NCBI GenBank assembly: GCA_020148025.1
Contig: JAHCRH010000002.1
Coordinates: forward strand, 1-60,975
From: Patescibacteria group bacterium
Lineage (GTDB): Bacteria > Patescibacteriota > Minisyncoccia > Minisyncoccales > JAHCRE01
DNA: 60,975 nucleotides
Reading direction: 5' to 3'
The position numbers and the translations under genes were made by a program. Positions 9,496-19,483 of the stretch are shown here, one piece after another. How positions within the stretch are numbered: the stretch's first letter is position 1; each line of letters starts with the position of its first letter. The notes under the pieces were generated by a model. It saw only the letters and a list, made by a program, of their open reading frames with translations. It was not told the origin of the DNA and did not search any database.

Positions 9496-9524
9496 ATAAT
9501 AAGGGGTCCAAAAAACCCTGTCAA
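9496..9524 (-). promoter_or_regulatory. Sigma70-type promoter of the recombinase
   Basis: TTGACA-17 nt-TATTAT on the minus strand. Confidence 0.7.
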
Positions 9525-9632
9525 GTCCTCCCCCATCAAAAATACATGTCACTTTTTAGAAAGAACAAAAAAAGAGGGTCAATCCTTTTTGGAAAGCCCC
9601 TTGTTGACTTTCTTGGGAAGCTTTGTCTAGGC

Positions 9633-9848
9633 TTAGCAAGTTGTAATTTTTGCAATCTCCTTAAGCCGACCAGCTCCGCATAATCCTCGTTCTGCTTTGA
9701 AGGAGATTTTATCCCCTATCTTTATCTTAGTTATCCCTGCGCTCTTCAGACTCTCCTCGAGGATAAACCATTGGCCATGTCCTTCCCTTACATATACTCC
9801 CAATCCTGGTTTTATTTCTGTGACTTCTCCTTCTACTTTTCTTTCCAT
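9633..9848 (-). CDS. Small OB-fold/cold-shock-like protein
   Basis: GEVTEIKPGLGVYV...KIKIGDKISF pattern; GGAGGTGA SD; promoter with an 18-bp tandem duplication at ~9892-9927. Confidence 0.55.
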   Translation of the reverse strand: MERKVEGEVTEIKPGLGVYVREGHGQWFILEESLKSAGITKIKIGDKISFKAERGLCGAGRLKEIAKITTC

Positions 9849-10039
9849 TCTTTCACCTCCATTTTTTTGTGCTTCTATTATATATACTCAAATAAAAAAT
9901 TTGTCAAGAATAAAAAATTTGTCAAGATTAAACTAAAACCGTTAGTTCTTTACCCATCCGTAGCTTTAGCGGAGGAGGGCCTACCCCAACGGTTTTTTAT
10001 CGCATAATAAATATCGCACAATATAAACGCCGGGGAATG

Positions 10040-10438
10040 TTATTTAAATAATTCGCTCAGCGTTGCTGCGGCGCTCGGAGTATAATCCAATCCTTTCCAG
10101 TCATCTTTAGAAACCCATCTAAATTCAGTATGATCTTCATCTAATATAACTTCTCCGCTAATCGATTCAGCTCTAAAAGCATACACGGCTGTTTTGGTAT
10201 TTTCTTTCTTTCCGTGGGAATAGTAAAAAACATAAGAATAATCATCTAGGAGTTCTATTTCTAAATTAGTTTCTTCTTTTGCCTCCCTTTTTGCTGCCTG
10301 TTCTAAGCTTTCCTCGGTTTTAACATTTCCACCAGGTAGATTCCAGAGATTTGGAGAAACTTTGGAACGCGAGCTTCTTTTTAAAATAAGTACTCTATTT
10401 CGATTATCCGTAATAACAATGTTAACGCCTTTTTTCAT
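10040..10438 (-). CDS. NUDIX hydrolase
   Basis: Nudix box GGNVKTEESLEQAAKREAKEETNL. Confidence 0.93.
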   Translation of the reverse strand: MKKGVNIVITDNRNRVLILKRSSRSKVSPNLWNLPGGNVKTEESLEQAAKREAKEETNLEIELLDDYSYVFYYSHGKKENTKTAVYAFRAESISGEVILDEDHTEFRWVSKDDWKGLDYTPSAAATLSELFK

Positions 10439-10444
10439 ATTCTA

Positions 10445-10478
10445 ATTCTACCAAAAAATCGCCGTCCAGGCGATTTTT
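10445..10478 (-). repeat. Repeat family R1: AATCGCC-N5-GGCGATT palindrome + extended -10 (TGGTAGAAT); representative copy
   Basis: About 12 copies starting near 10445, 11292, 12839, 13916, 16046, 18629, 19379, 24907, 25667, 46768, 47786, 48109, each upstream of a minus-strand gene. Confidence 0.85.
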
Positions 10479-10496
10479 GATATATCTCTTAAAGTT

Positions 10497-11153
10497 TTAT
10501 TCTTTTCCTAAGCGTTTATAATTCCTTTTATAATTTCGTGGATTTTTAAGATAATTATCAATGGCTTTGACATAATCACTTGGTCTTTGATCTGCTTTCA
10601 CGTAGTAATCTTCCATCCCCGCATCTATGGCATCCTCAATCGTTGTTTCCGCGTCAAGAATGCCAAGTGCGATTATAGGGATATCTTTAGTTTTTTCATC
10701 TTTTTTTAACAACTTTGTCACTTCAATACCATTAATACCGGGCAAAATAATATCCATGGAAATAATATCTGGTTTTTCTTCAGCGATCTCTCGCACTAAT
10801 TCTTCAGAGCCAGAATCAAATGTTTTAATTTCAAACCCAGCCTTTTGAAATTTCTCTGTAAAAATATCTCTAATGAAAGGGTCGTCTTCAATCATTATAA
10901 TTTTCTTACCATTGCTGGTAGCAATTTTCTTCTTTGGTGGTTTTGATCTTTCCAGTGGTTTTTCTTCGGGTTTTCTCTTCGCTTCTTTAAACTCTATTGG
11001 CTTTGGTTTTTCGTATTCAATCGGGCGCCTTACTAATTCAGTCTCTAACTTTTCGATCCTTTCCTTGAATCCAGAAATCTCTCTCGAACGAGAGATTATA
11101 ATATAAATCAGACAAATAACTATTACTATTAAGATAATCTCGAATATGGTCAT
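10497..11153 (-). CDS. Membrane-anchored response regulator receiver protein
   Basis: N-terminal TM; IIMIEDD, PDIISMDIILPGING. Confidence 0.85.
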   Translation of the reverse strand: MTIFEIILIVIVICLIYIIISRSREISGFKERIEKLETELVRRPIEYEKPKPIEFKEAKRKPEEKPLERSKPPKKKIATSNGKKIIMIEDDPFIRDIFTEKFQKAGFEIKTFDSGSEELVREIAEEKPDIISMDIILPGINGIEVTKLLKKDEKTKDIPIIALGILDAETTIEDAIDAGMEDYYVKADQRPSDYVKAIDNYLKNPRNYKRNYKRLGKE

Positions 11154-11478
11154 CTTTATTTGCTTTTACGCCTTTTAAGGCTTGCCTAAGCTACCTTCTT
11201 GCCTCATTTTAACTTATTTCCAAGAATTTTCCCAGTATTTTTATACCCTATTATACCGCGTCCGCCCGAAGCTCGCAAGGAGCGAAGGAGGACCAAAAAA
11301 TCGCCTTTCAGGCGACTTTTAATCAGGGCCGAACTCCTGTCAAGTGGAAAAATACCACTCCCCTACAGATTCCACACTGACAAAAAACTAAAAGAATAAG
11401 GAATAAAAAAATAGGCGCACCGAAGTGTACCTTTGATTATGAAGATCTAAGTTGTTAAAGGTGCTATGAGAAAAGACT

Positions 11479-11829
11479 TTATGGAAGGAATCGTATCCGT
11501 TCAAATCCTGCTTTGAATGCCGCGAAAAATTCTTCGATTTCTTTTTCGTTTAAAGGTCCGTATCTGGCATCAAGGGTTCCTGTTATGTTAGTAGAGGTTA
11601 TTGTTATGTCAATTGAAGCATCATAAGGAGGTTTGAAAACTACCTTTATTTCCTCTTCACCTGATTCATTCACTATGGATTTGATGCTATTTACTATCCC
11701 AGATAGATTAGGTGAACCAGTAACAACATGGCTGAAAGGTTCTTCTTTCATATGGAATTCCTTGTATTCTCTTCGAGTTCCATCCTCATTAACTACCGCG
11801 AATATCCAGAATATTTTCATCTCTATCAC
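11479..11829 (-). CDS. Hypothetical protein (paralog of 40558-40884)
   Basis: Own TTGACA-17-TATGAT promoter; motif similarity to the 40558 protein. Confidence 0.7.
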   Translation of the reverse strand: MIEMKIFWIFAVVNEDGTRREYKEFHMKEEPFSHVVTGSPNLSGIVNSIKSIVNESGEEEIKVVFKPPYDASIDITITSTNITGTLDARYGPLNEKEIEEFFAAFKAGFERIRFLP

Positions 11830-11883
11830 TTCCTATGTTCAAATCATACCAAATCAAATTTAATTTGTCAATATTAAATAATT

Positions 11884-11916
11884 AAAAAACCGTTAGTTCC
11901 CTACCCTAACAGTTTT
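11884..11916 (-). repeat. Repeat family R3: AAACCGTTAG-TTCCCTACC-CTAACGGTTT hairpin with KOPS-like GGGTAGGG; representative copy
   Basis: Copies near 9935 (interrupted), 11884, 15497 (degenerate), 21287, 26490, 30405 (partial); usually just left of a dif-like site. Confidence 0.85.
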
Positions 11917-11956
11917 CTCTCACCTATGAAATGTCGCACAATATTAAGATAAAAAT

Positions 11957-11983
11957 AAAAATTGCCCAGCGCTGGGCTTTTTT
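11957..11983 (-). repeat. Repeat family R2: AAAATTGCCCAGCGATGGGCTTTTT terminator-like hairpin; representative copy
   Basis: About 15 copies near 11957, 12490, 19413, 21233, 24420, 25719, 30376, 31865, 33790, 34682, 45923, 46803, 47822, 48143, and inverted at 5979. Confidence 0.85.
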
Positions 11984-12109
11984 GGTTTCTGCTCCATCTG
12001 TGCGACGATGTTAGAACCTGTTTTATTTATAGATTGTAAAAATAAAATCCCTCAAAATCGAGAGATTTTATTAAATCAAGGAAAAACGAAAAAGAAAAAG
12101 GGAATTCAT

Positions 12110-12406
12110 TTATTCGTAGGCTTCGCACTTATACATGTAGCCTGGCATCCAGCTTGATGACAACCAACCATCTCCATCATTCTGTCCTTCTAGTTTGTAT
12201 ACACAATGCAATTCTCTATTGCCGGTTATCCAAAGCTGGAAACCATCGTCTCCGGTCCAAAGTCTTAATAGGGTCTCGCCATTTGTGTAAGGAATAACTT
12301 TTAACTTCTTGTTCTTAGATTTCCATGGCCCTGGCTGTGCCATCGCTGTTCCTGCTAATGTCGCCAAAAAAACTACTATTACTCCAAATAAAATTAATTT
12401 TTTCAT
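12110..12406 (-). CDS. Secreted hypothetical protein
   Basis: Signal peptide ending AMA-Q. Confidence 0.7.
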   Translation of the reverse strand: MKKLILFGVIVVFLATLAGTAMAQPGPWKSKNKKLKVIPYTNGETLLRLWTGDDGFQLWITGNRELHCVYKLEGQNDGDGWLSSSWMPGYMYKCEAYE

Positions 12407-12518
12407 ATTTTTACAATTAATTATGTATTAGATTCTCGACCTTTCCACTTTAATATTACTATCAGTTTTTGAAAAGTTCAAGGAAAAATAAAAATTGCCC
12501 AGCGCTGGGCTTTTTGAT

Positions 12519-12788
12519 TTATTTTTCCCAATATTCTTCGGCTTCTTTTTCCATTTTCTCTAATCTCGTATAGTAATCTGGAAATTCATTCAGGTGAGCA
12601 AGGGCAATCTTTCCAGTCATTAATGGATCATCATCAGTAACATTAGTGTTGGGGTCACAAGTGCCGTGTTCTAATTCTACGTCCATTCCCATTCTAAATT
12701 GCTCAACATCAAATTTTGACCAGTCAATCCCTAATTCCTCGCCAATTTTTTTAGCTTCTTCAGTTGTAAAATGTTTTTTAGGTTCCAT
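12519..12788 (-). CDS. DUF5661-like small protein
   Basis: GMDVELEHG...GKIALAHLNEFPDYYTRL. Confidence 0.8.
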   Translation of the reverse strand: MEPKKHFTTEEAKKIGEELGIDWSKFDVEQFRMGMDVELEHGTCDPNTNVTDDDPLMTGKIALAHLNEFPDYYTRLEKMEKEAEEYWEK

Positions 12789-12868
12789 AGTTATTATTAC
12801 CTTTATTTGTTTTGACCTTTTTGTGTATTCTATATTTTATTCTACCAAAAAACCGCCTTCTTAGCGAT

Positions 12869-13444
12869 TTATTGTTCTTCGTATTTTACTTCTTCCGGAA
12901 ATAGTAGTTGAAATGGGTAACCTACATAGTTTCTCTTTATTTTCCCGCACCCTATATTCTTGAGAAAATTTATCATTTCTTCTGTAACTTTTTTCGGATT
13001 TACCTTTTTATTTTTGCCGATATATTCAATTTCTACAAAATCTCCCAGTTCTTTTACTGAATCTATCGAAATTTCATAATTTTTATATACCCACACCTTT
13101 CTTATTTTGTCGACTTTTACGAGCGACTGAAAATTAAGAGCCTCTAATATCTTTTTCAATTGAATTAAATTTTCTATTTCGGTTTCATATTCATCACAAT
13201 GATAACTTCTCCCATCTTTATCAAAATACCAGTTCTTGTAATTTATAAAATATTTACCACCTGAATCTCTTAATCTCAACCATTCGTTTACGGGACGAAC
13301 CGCAATAAAATTCCGATGAGCTGGAGAGAAATATTCATCTACCTGATGTTTTTCTGATTTAAATTCAGCATTCTTTTTTAAAAATTCTATCAACGGTTTA
13401 CTATTTTCAATATTAACTTGGATTTCAATTTCAACATTATTCAT
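12869..13444 (-). CDS. CYTH-domain protein (class IV adenylate cyclase-like)
   Basis: N-terminal EIE, QVDEYF, WLRLR, DSVKELGDFVEIE. Confidence 0.88.
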   Translation of the reverse strand: MNNVEIEIQVNIENSKPLIEFLKKNAEFKSEKHQVDEYFSPAHRNFIAVRPVNEWLRLRDSGGKYFINYKNWYFDKDGRSYHCDEYETEIENLIQLKKILEALNFQSLVKVDKIRKVWVYKNYEISIDSVKELGDFVEIEYIGKNKKVNPKKVTEEMINFLKNIGCGKIKRNYVGYPFQLLFPEEVKYEEQ

Positions 13445-13542
13445 ATTTTTATATTAAATTCCCCTTCCAGCCCGAACTTACAAGAATTGTTAGGATACTG
13501 TCATAACTTAAGGAGGAGTTTATCGAGTAAGTGACCTGAGAT

Positions 13543-13851
13543 TTATTCCGATGGCATTTTCCCGAACTGCACATCCAGTTTTTTCTTAACTTTCTCAAAA
13601 CAGTTATTGAGATCAACTCCAAGATTGTTTGCTAAAGCACTTGTTACAAATAGGATATCTCCAATTTCTACTTCAATATCAAAATCTTCTGGTTTTTTAT
13701 GTTTCTTATGACCTTCTTTAATAGATAGAACCTCTCCAACTTCACCCACTTCTTCAACTAACCTCGCAAAATAATTCCACTTTGTCCAATCCATTTCTCC
13801 GATTATCCTAATCCATTTATCTACATATTCTTGTAATTCTTTAAGGTCCAT
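13543..13851 (-). CDS. MazG-like NTP pyrophosphohydrolase
   Basis: LVEEVGEV...EIGDILF. Confidence 0.88.
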   Translation of the reverse strand: MDLKELQEYVDKWIRIIGEMDWTKWNYFARLVEEVGEVGEVLSIKEGHKKHKKPEDFDIEVEIGDILFVTSALANNLGVDLNNCFEKVKKKLDVQFGKMPSE

Positions 13852-13989
13852 ATTATTTTCTTAAATTTCAAAGATGCTAACTCGACCTTTTATTTTTTAA
13901 ACTTTTCGTCATCTCATTCTACCAAAAAATCGCCGTTTAGGCGATTTTTTATGTGAAAATTATACCTCTGGGGATAATTTATTTCTAGA

Positions 13990-15396
13990 TTATAAACAAA
14001 GTTCGCTTGAAAAATCTTGATGACCACGACCTAGTTGACATTTGTACTCTATCAAAACCACTTCTCCTAATTCCCAAGCATTATTTACATGATGAGCTCG
14101 GGCAATTTTCTTTGTAGCTTGCACAGAATCATCCCTCATTCCTTCATAAATAGCTTGCACATACCACACACCATCTTTTCCATCTAACACATTGACGGTA
14201 AGCCTTTCACAATCAACTAAAGTGCAATCTCCCCAATTTTCCTTTATTAGGGCGGTAGCAGTGTCTTGAAACAAAGGTTCTCTAGAAATTTCTTTAAGTT
14301 TTTCATTCTCGATTCTTAAATATTTTGTTTTTCCGACTGAGGATTGAACAGAAAATGGTTCCCAGGGCATTCGGTCAGCGTAATTGTGCAAAATAAGACC
14401 ATTTTCTATATGCGTGTCTTTTGGAGCGATGCGGTCGCCCAAAAGAACTGCATTCGTTCCCTTGTATCCACCATCAATCTTGAGAGCTACTGCGATGTAA
14501 TAGAATGTCCCGCTTCCACCCGGATCGTATGTTAAAAGCACAACAGCATCATCCACCCCATCTCCATTTACGTCACCAATAGTCGGCTCGCCGAAAATTC
14601 TCATTTTTATTTTAGTTGCTGCACCAGGAACTATTTCTTGTTCTGAATATCCGTCTTCGAGAGTTATTAGTTCTTCATCAATAATATAGGTGCTATTTAA
14701 AGGGTCAACTCCCAAAGGTATCTCTAACTTGCCGCAATTGACATCTACATCTCTTTTTTCAGGCTCTGGTGGAATCCATTGACCTGTTGCTTCTCTATGT
14801 CCAGTAGCACCTTTTACAACAGCACAGACAATCTGCTCTTTTTTATATCCCACTAGTTCTGAGATAGTACCGGCAGCTACATTATAGAGATCTTTCTTAA
14901 AACCTTTATTCTTGAGAAACTCTTCAACTTTTGCCTCTTGTTCTATTGATATACCTATTGCCTCAGTTCTCTTTCCTTTAATATTCACATCTTGGACTGT
15001 TGGAGTTACTTTTGCAATCCACCTAAATTCAACTGGTTTTATTTCTGAAAAATCTATCCCGGTCTCTTGTTTAAGGTCTTCAAGAAGATTCGAAACTTCA
15101 TCTAGGGATAGGCATTCGCTCCCATCAAAACATTTATCGGGTCCGCAATCGCAAACTTTCACTTCGTGGCTGTATTCTGGTGAACAACCGCAAGGACCAA
15201 TAAGACAGGTGTTAGGAAAATCACCGGTTGTGTTGCAACATAAGGATGTGGAGATTTTCCCTCCAGAATTTATGCAAGCTTTTTCTTTTTCAGTTAATGC
15301 TTTGGGTTCTGATTTTACTTGAAGGTACCAATAAACTAATCCCACAAAAACAATTGCGATAATAATTATAATGATTATTTTAGACATTTTAGACAC
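13990..15396 (-). CDS. Membrane-anchored extracytoplasmic protein with Cys-rich domain
   Basis: N-terminal TM, 10-Cys domain, GDVNGDG and GGSGTFYY...LGDRI segment. Confidence 0.75.
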   Translation of the reverse strand: MSKMSKIIIIIIIAIVFVGLVYWYLQVKSEPKALTEKEKACINSGGKISTSLCCNTTGDFPNTCLIGPCGCSPEYSHEVKVCDCGPDKCFDGSECLSLDEVSNLLEDLKQETGIDFSEIKPVEFRWIAKVTPTVQDVNIKGKRTEAIGISIEQEAKVEEFLKNKGFKKDLYNVAAGTISELVGYKKEQIVCAVVKGATGHREATGQWIPPEPEKRDVDVNCGKLEIPLGVDPLNSTYIIDEELITLEDGYSEQEIVPGAATKIKMRIFGEPTIGDVNGDGVDDAVVLLTYDPGGSGTFYYIAVALKIDGGYKGTNAVLLGDRIAPKDTHIENGLILHNYADRMPWEPFSVQSSVGKTKYLRIENEKLKEISREPLFQDTATALIKENWGDCTLVDCERLTVNVLDGKDGVWYVQAIYEGMRDDSVQATKKIARAHHVNNAWELGEVVLIEYKCQLGRGHQDFSSELCL

Positions 15397-15569
15397 ATAG
15401 TTATTAAGAGAAATTTCTGATAATGAGACCAGACGCTGATTTGATGTTTTAATTATAGCTTTAAAACATGAACTTTCTATGAAGAAAATTTCAAATAAAA
15501 AACGGGTAGTTCCCCACCTTAACGGTTTTCTCTTGGGCGGCGGGCGGAGATTAAAAGTTTACCGAAAAA

Positions 15570-16013
15570 CTAAAATGTTTTATACCAATCTTGAGGGTCT
15601 ATACTTGTAATTGTTTGTCCAGCTTCTACTGTAACTAAAACTGGCTCGTGAGATAAGCAATCGGGATTAAAGCCACAGGTAACAAATTCAGAATAATAAG
15701 CTTTATATCCTTTTATCATCTCGGTAGTTGCGGAAACATAATAATTGCCAGCTGGAACTTCAACTTTGTAACCTTCCCCATATGTATATTTACTATCCTT
15801 TATGTGTTCCTCTGTACAATACAATTCTTCTGTTTCAACATTTTCTGCGCATACTTTCATGTCAGGAGGGATAAACTCACTTGGATAACTCAAAGAGCCC
15901 TCAATTGTACCAAAGCGAGTTTCTTCTTTAGGTGTTGAGACCGCCTGATAGATCCAATAACCTAATCCGGCAACAATAATTACAACGATTATTACAATTA
16001 TTACTTTAGACAT
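15570..16013 (-). CDS. Membrane-anchored extracytoplasmic protein
   Basis: N-terminal TM; GTIEGSLSYPSEFIP..VCAE..VPAGNYYV beta-sandwich-like region. Confidence 0.75.
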   Translation of the reverse strand: MSKVIIVIIVVIIVAGLGYWIYQAVSTPKEETRFGTIEGSLSYPSEFIPPDMKVCAENVETEELYCTEEHIKDSKYTYGEGYKVEVPAGNYYVSATTEMIKGYKAYYSEFVTCGFNPDCLSHEPVLVTVEAGQTITSIDPQDWYKTF

Positions 16014-16126
16014 AATGTTGTTCGGTCAATTAAGTAACTTTTTTTATTCTATTAAAAAATCGCCAAGAAGGTATTTTTTGGGTAGAGATAGAAACACCTA
16101 TAATTTATTAATTCAATGAATCTAAT

Positions 16127-16684
16127 TTAAAATTTTACTTTAGGGGTTTCTCTTTCTTCCTCTTCTTCGATTTCGAAAAATTCAGCCTTTTTAAAATCAA
16201 ACAGCCCGGCTACTAAATTGTAAGGAAACTGTTCTTGTTTAATGTTAAAATTTCTTACATTACCATTGTAAAACTTTCGAGCTGCTTGAATTTTGTTTTC
16301 AGTATCAGTTAAATCTCCCTGAAGGTTTTGAAAGTTTTCTGAAGCTCTCAGTGTAGGGTAGTTTTCAGCCACTGCAAATAAAGTTTTTAAAGCCCCAGCT
16401 AATCCTCTTTCTGCTTCACCTGCTTCAGCGGGAGTTTTAGCGGCCAACGCCCTTGCTCTGGCTTCGGTTACTTTTTCAAAAACTCCTCTCTCGTGAGTTG
16501 CGTATCCTTTAACCGTTTCTACCAAATTAGGGATAAGATCGTATCTTCTCTTCAACTGAACATCGATACCAGCCCAGGCTTCTTTGGTTCTGTTCTTTAA
16601 ACTAATCAATCCATTATAAGCGGAAATGACCCAGCCGATGATTAAAACAATAAAGCCAATGATAACCCAAATAACAAAAGACAT
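16127..16684 (-). CDS. lemA: LemA family protein
   Basis: YNGL..AWAGIDVQLKRRYDLIPNLV, AVAENYPTLRA. Confidence 0.96.
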   Translation of the reverse strand: MSFVIWVIIGFIVLIIGWVISAYNGLISLKNRTKEAWAGIDVQLKRRYDLIPNLVETVKGYATHERGVFEKVTEARARALAAKTPAEAGEAERGLAGALKTLFAVAENYPTLRASENFQNLQGDLTDTENKIQAARKFYNGNVRNFNIKQEQFPYNLVAGLFDFKKAEFFEIEEEEERETPKVKF

Positions 16685-16767
16685 AATTTTAAATTAATAA
16701 TATTAATTTTTTACAGTCGACCTTATTTTAATTAGATCAAAAGTCATAATTTTCTTTATAGGTAAAT

Positions 16768-18549
16768 CTATCCAGCGCCCCCTCCTCCTCCACCACCTCC
16801 TCCGCCAGCGCCTCCTCCGCCAGCGCCTACGCCTCCCACACCTGCTCCTCCGCCAAAAGTTCGGGCAATAGAAGATGTAAAAGAAGAAATGCTTGAAGAG
16901 AAAGAATTAAAAGATGTTGGAGCACCGCCTTTCCCACCAGGCACATAGACAGCTGGCACATACCAATTTTGCTCTTGATAAAAAAAATCAGAAAATCTTT
17001 CTGCCCATTTCTTTTCTACCCCTAAAACCAAAGCATAAGGAAGATACTTAGAAAAAGTTTCTAATGTCTCGGCTCCGAGTCTAAACCTCTCAGCAGTTTG
17101 AAGATACTCTTTAAAACCCAGTAATTTCCATTTAGCCTCTAACCCTTTTTGAGTTAAGCTTGGCATATAGTGAGCGAAAATTAAGATAATTATTGCTGAA
17201 ATAATCAAACCTAATTCAAGAATTAAAATCTGAGCAAAATATCTTATCATCTCTGCTTGCAACAAAAAAGATGTTATAAGCCAGCCGAAAAAAATGAGTA
17301 AGGCCAAAAAGAAAATTTTATAAGAAGTCTTTCCATATTCTTTCCTGACATTAAGGATATTGCCCATAAAATAACCGGTTTTTCCAACTTCTTGATGAAG
17401 CGATTTTTTTATTCCGGAAATTTCCTTATAGAATTTATTTCTCAAATCATCGCTAAAAACCGTATTTTTATTTCCAAAGATGCCTCTTATTATTTTTTGT
17501 TCAAAAGGCTTAAGGTCGCTTTCATCTTTTAACTTATCGAGGATATATTCTTGCTCCTTGAAAATAGAGAAACCTCCCCCCCTTTCTCTAATTCTCAAAT
17601 AACCCCTGACAGCTAAATTAATAATTGTTGCTGTAATATCTTTCATATCAGCGCCCTGATCAATTAAAACGCCGAATATAGCCGGAGAAAAATCTTCTGG
17701 AGGAGAATAGTGCGCTATGATAGTTTTGGCGATTTTAGGATCTTTACCCCTCTTTCTCCAGCCGATATACATTTTAACAAAAAAGAAAATTGGCAGAGCT
17801 AGGGCAATCAATAAAATTGTCCAATTAATCATCTGGTTGCGATAAAGAAAAGGCTTGGTAACTATTCCTTTGGGCCAAGTTACGACTATGGTCAAAAAAT
17901 TATGCGGTCTTATATTATACTCCCAAAATCTAACTGTTTTACCATCGATAATCTCGTAATTATTACTTTGAGTTTTACTTCCTAATCTTCCAACAAACAT
18001 TTTCTGATTTATCTCCTCTTTTACAAATTGAGCAGGAAGATGCACAATCACTTCTGCTTCTCTTACATCAACTTCTCTATCTTCAAAAATAGCATTCCAA
18101 TAAAGCTCATCCCATTCCTCATAAAAACCCAGGCCCCCGTGAACTTTGTATTTTACTGTCCAAGATTTCAACTCGTTATCAAAAACTCTCCGGGGAAAGT
18201 CCCATTGAACACTTACCCTGTTTCCTTTATAGGAGACCTTATACTCATTGTTATTTAATTTTTTTTCCTGACTGTCGAAAACCTCAATATTGGAAATATG
18301 GTCTAAATCCTTCAGTTCTACATCACGATAGAAATAACCAAAGCTCCCCGTCAAATTGTAGGTCTGTTTTTCCGTAACTTCAAAAGTACTATCTTGATTA
18401 ATTTGAATATCTACCTCAATTGAGTGATAATAATAACTTTTTTCCAAAGCAGCCTGGCAAAAATGATAATTCCCTGCTTCAAGAAGTAAGGAGGCAAAAA
18501 ATATCAAGAAAAATAGTCCAAAACTGAATTTTTTTAACTTTTGAAACAT
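16768..18549 (-). CDS. DUF2207 membrane protein
   Basis: ELYWNAI, YLPYALVLGV..W, Gly-rich C-terminal tail; adjacent to lemA. Confidence 0.9.
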   Translation of the reverse strand: MFQKLKKFSFGLFFLIFFASLLLEAGNYHFCQAALEKSYYYHSIEVDIQINQDSTFEVTEKQTYNLTGSFGYFYRDVELKDLDHISNIEVFDSQEKKLNNNEYKVSYKGNRVSVQWDFPRRVFDNELKSWTVKYKVHGGLGFYEEWDELYWNAIFEDREVDVREAEVIVHLPAQFVKEEINQKMFVGRLGSKTQSNNYEIIDGKTVRFWEYNIRPHNFLTIVVTWPKGIVTKPFLYRNQMINWTILLIALALPIFFFVKMYIGWRKRGKDPKIAKTIIAHYSPPEDFSPAIFGVLIDQGADMKDITATIINLAVRGYLRIRERGGGFSIFKEQEYILDKLKDESDLKPFEQKIIRGIFGNKNTVFSDDLRNKFYKEISGIKKSLHQEVGKTGYFMGNILNVRKEYGKTSYKIFFLALLIFFGWLITSFLLQAEMIRYFAQILILELGLIISAIIILIFAHYMPSLTQKGLEAKWKLLGFKEYLQTAERFRLGAETLETFSKYLPYALVLGVEKKWAERFSDFFYQEQNWYVPAVYVPGGKGGAPTSFNSFSSSISSFTSSIARTFGGGAGVGGVGAGGGGAGGGGGGGGGGAG

Positions 18550-18713
18550 GTCTTTTAGGAAAAAAAGATAAATTTATTATATCAAACCCCGAATGAAAAA
18601 TGGATGAAGAAATTTTACTATATATTTTATTCTGAAACCCAAAAAATCGCCGTTTAGGCGATCTTTTACGAGCTCGGGGTCTTGGACGGTGTTAGAACCT
18701 GCTTGGTGAAAAG

Positions 18714-19367
18714 TTAATGTATTGATTTTACTGTTTTCAATTCACCTAAAAAACAATAGTGTCTTCCATCAGAATTAACCCAGATATCATAAATTTTAAA
18801 ATTGTTAAATTCTTTCCTTAAAAGCTTCTTATTAAACCAATAATGTATCAATCCTTTTTCTTCATGGCTTAATGGAACAAAAGTTCTCGGGGCTATAAAT
18901 TTTATTTTCCACAATTTTTCTTTTGGTATTTCTTTTATAGACCCCTTTTTGCTCACGGTAATAAAGATAAAACCTTTTGGTTTGAGGATTCTTTCTATTT
19001 CTTTTATCAATTTTCTTATATTTCTTATCTTGTTATGATGTAAGGCTTGTGTGCTAATCAATGCATCAAAAAAATTATTTGGATAAGGTAATTTTTTATA
19101 AATATTATTAACTTTTAAGTTGGAACTTAATTTTTCTTTTTTTAACCAACTTTGCGTAATTCTGATTCCTTTTGGAGCAATATCAATTCCATAAACTTCA
19201 AAACCGTGCTTAGCCAAATAAACTATGTGTCTTCCTGAACCACAACCCAAATCAAGAACTTTTTTAACACCTTTTTTCTTAAATAGCTTTACAATCTTTG
19301 GTATATCTTTTTGGGGCTTAAGAAAAACTCTTCCGTGTTTTTTAAATATCTTATTCCATTGTTTCAT
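18714..19367 (-). CDS. Class I SAM-dependent methyltransferase
   Basis: VLDLGCGSGRH, GIDI, RILKPKG. Confidence 0.92.
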   Translation of the reverse strand: MKQWNKIFKKHGRVFLKPQKDIPKIVKLFKKKGVKKVLDLGCGSGRHIVYLAKHGFEVYGIDIAPKGIRITQSWLKKEKLSSNLKVNNIYKKLPYPNNFFDALISTQALHHNKIRNIRKLIKEIERILKPKGFIFITVSKKGSIKEIPKEKLWKIKFIAPRTFVPLSHEEKGLIHYWFNKKLLRKEFNNFKIYDIWVNSDGRHYCFLGELKTVKSIH

Positions 19368-19483
19368 AAATTTTCTTCATTCTACCAAAAAATCGCCCTC
19401 TTGGCGATAAATAAAAATTGCCTAGCGATGGGCTTTTTGAAAAATATTTCGGGTATCCCCCACCCTACCACTTACTATTTCTT

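Noticed and set aside
16770..16855. GC-rich CCT/CCG repeat
   Set aside because: Simply encodes the usual Gly-rich tail of DUF2207 proteins.
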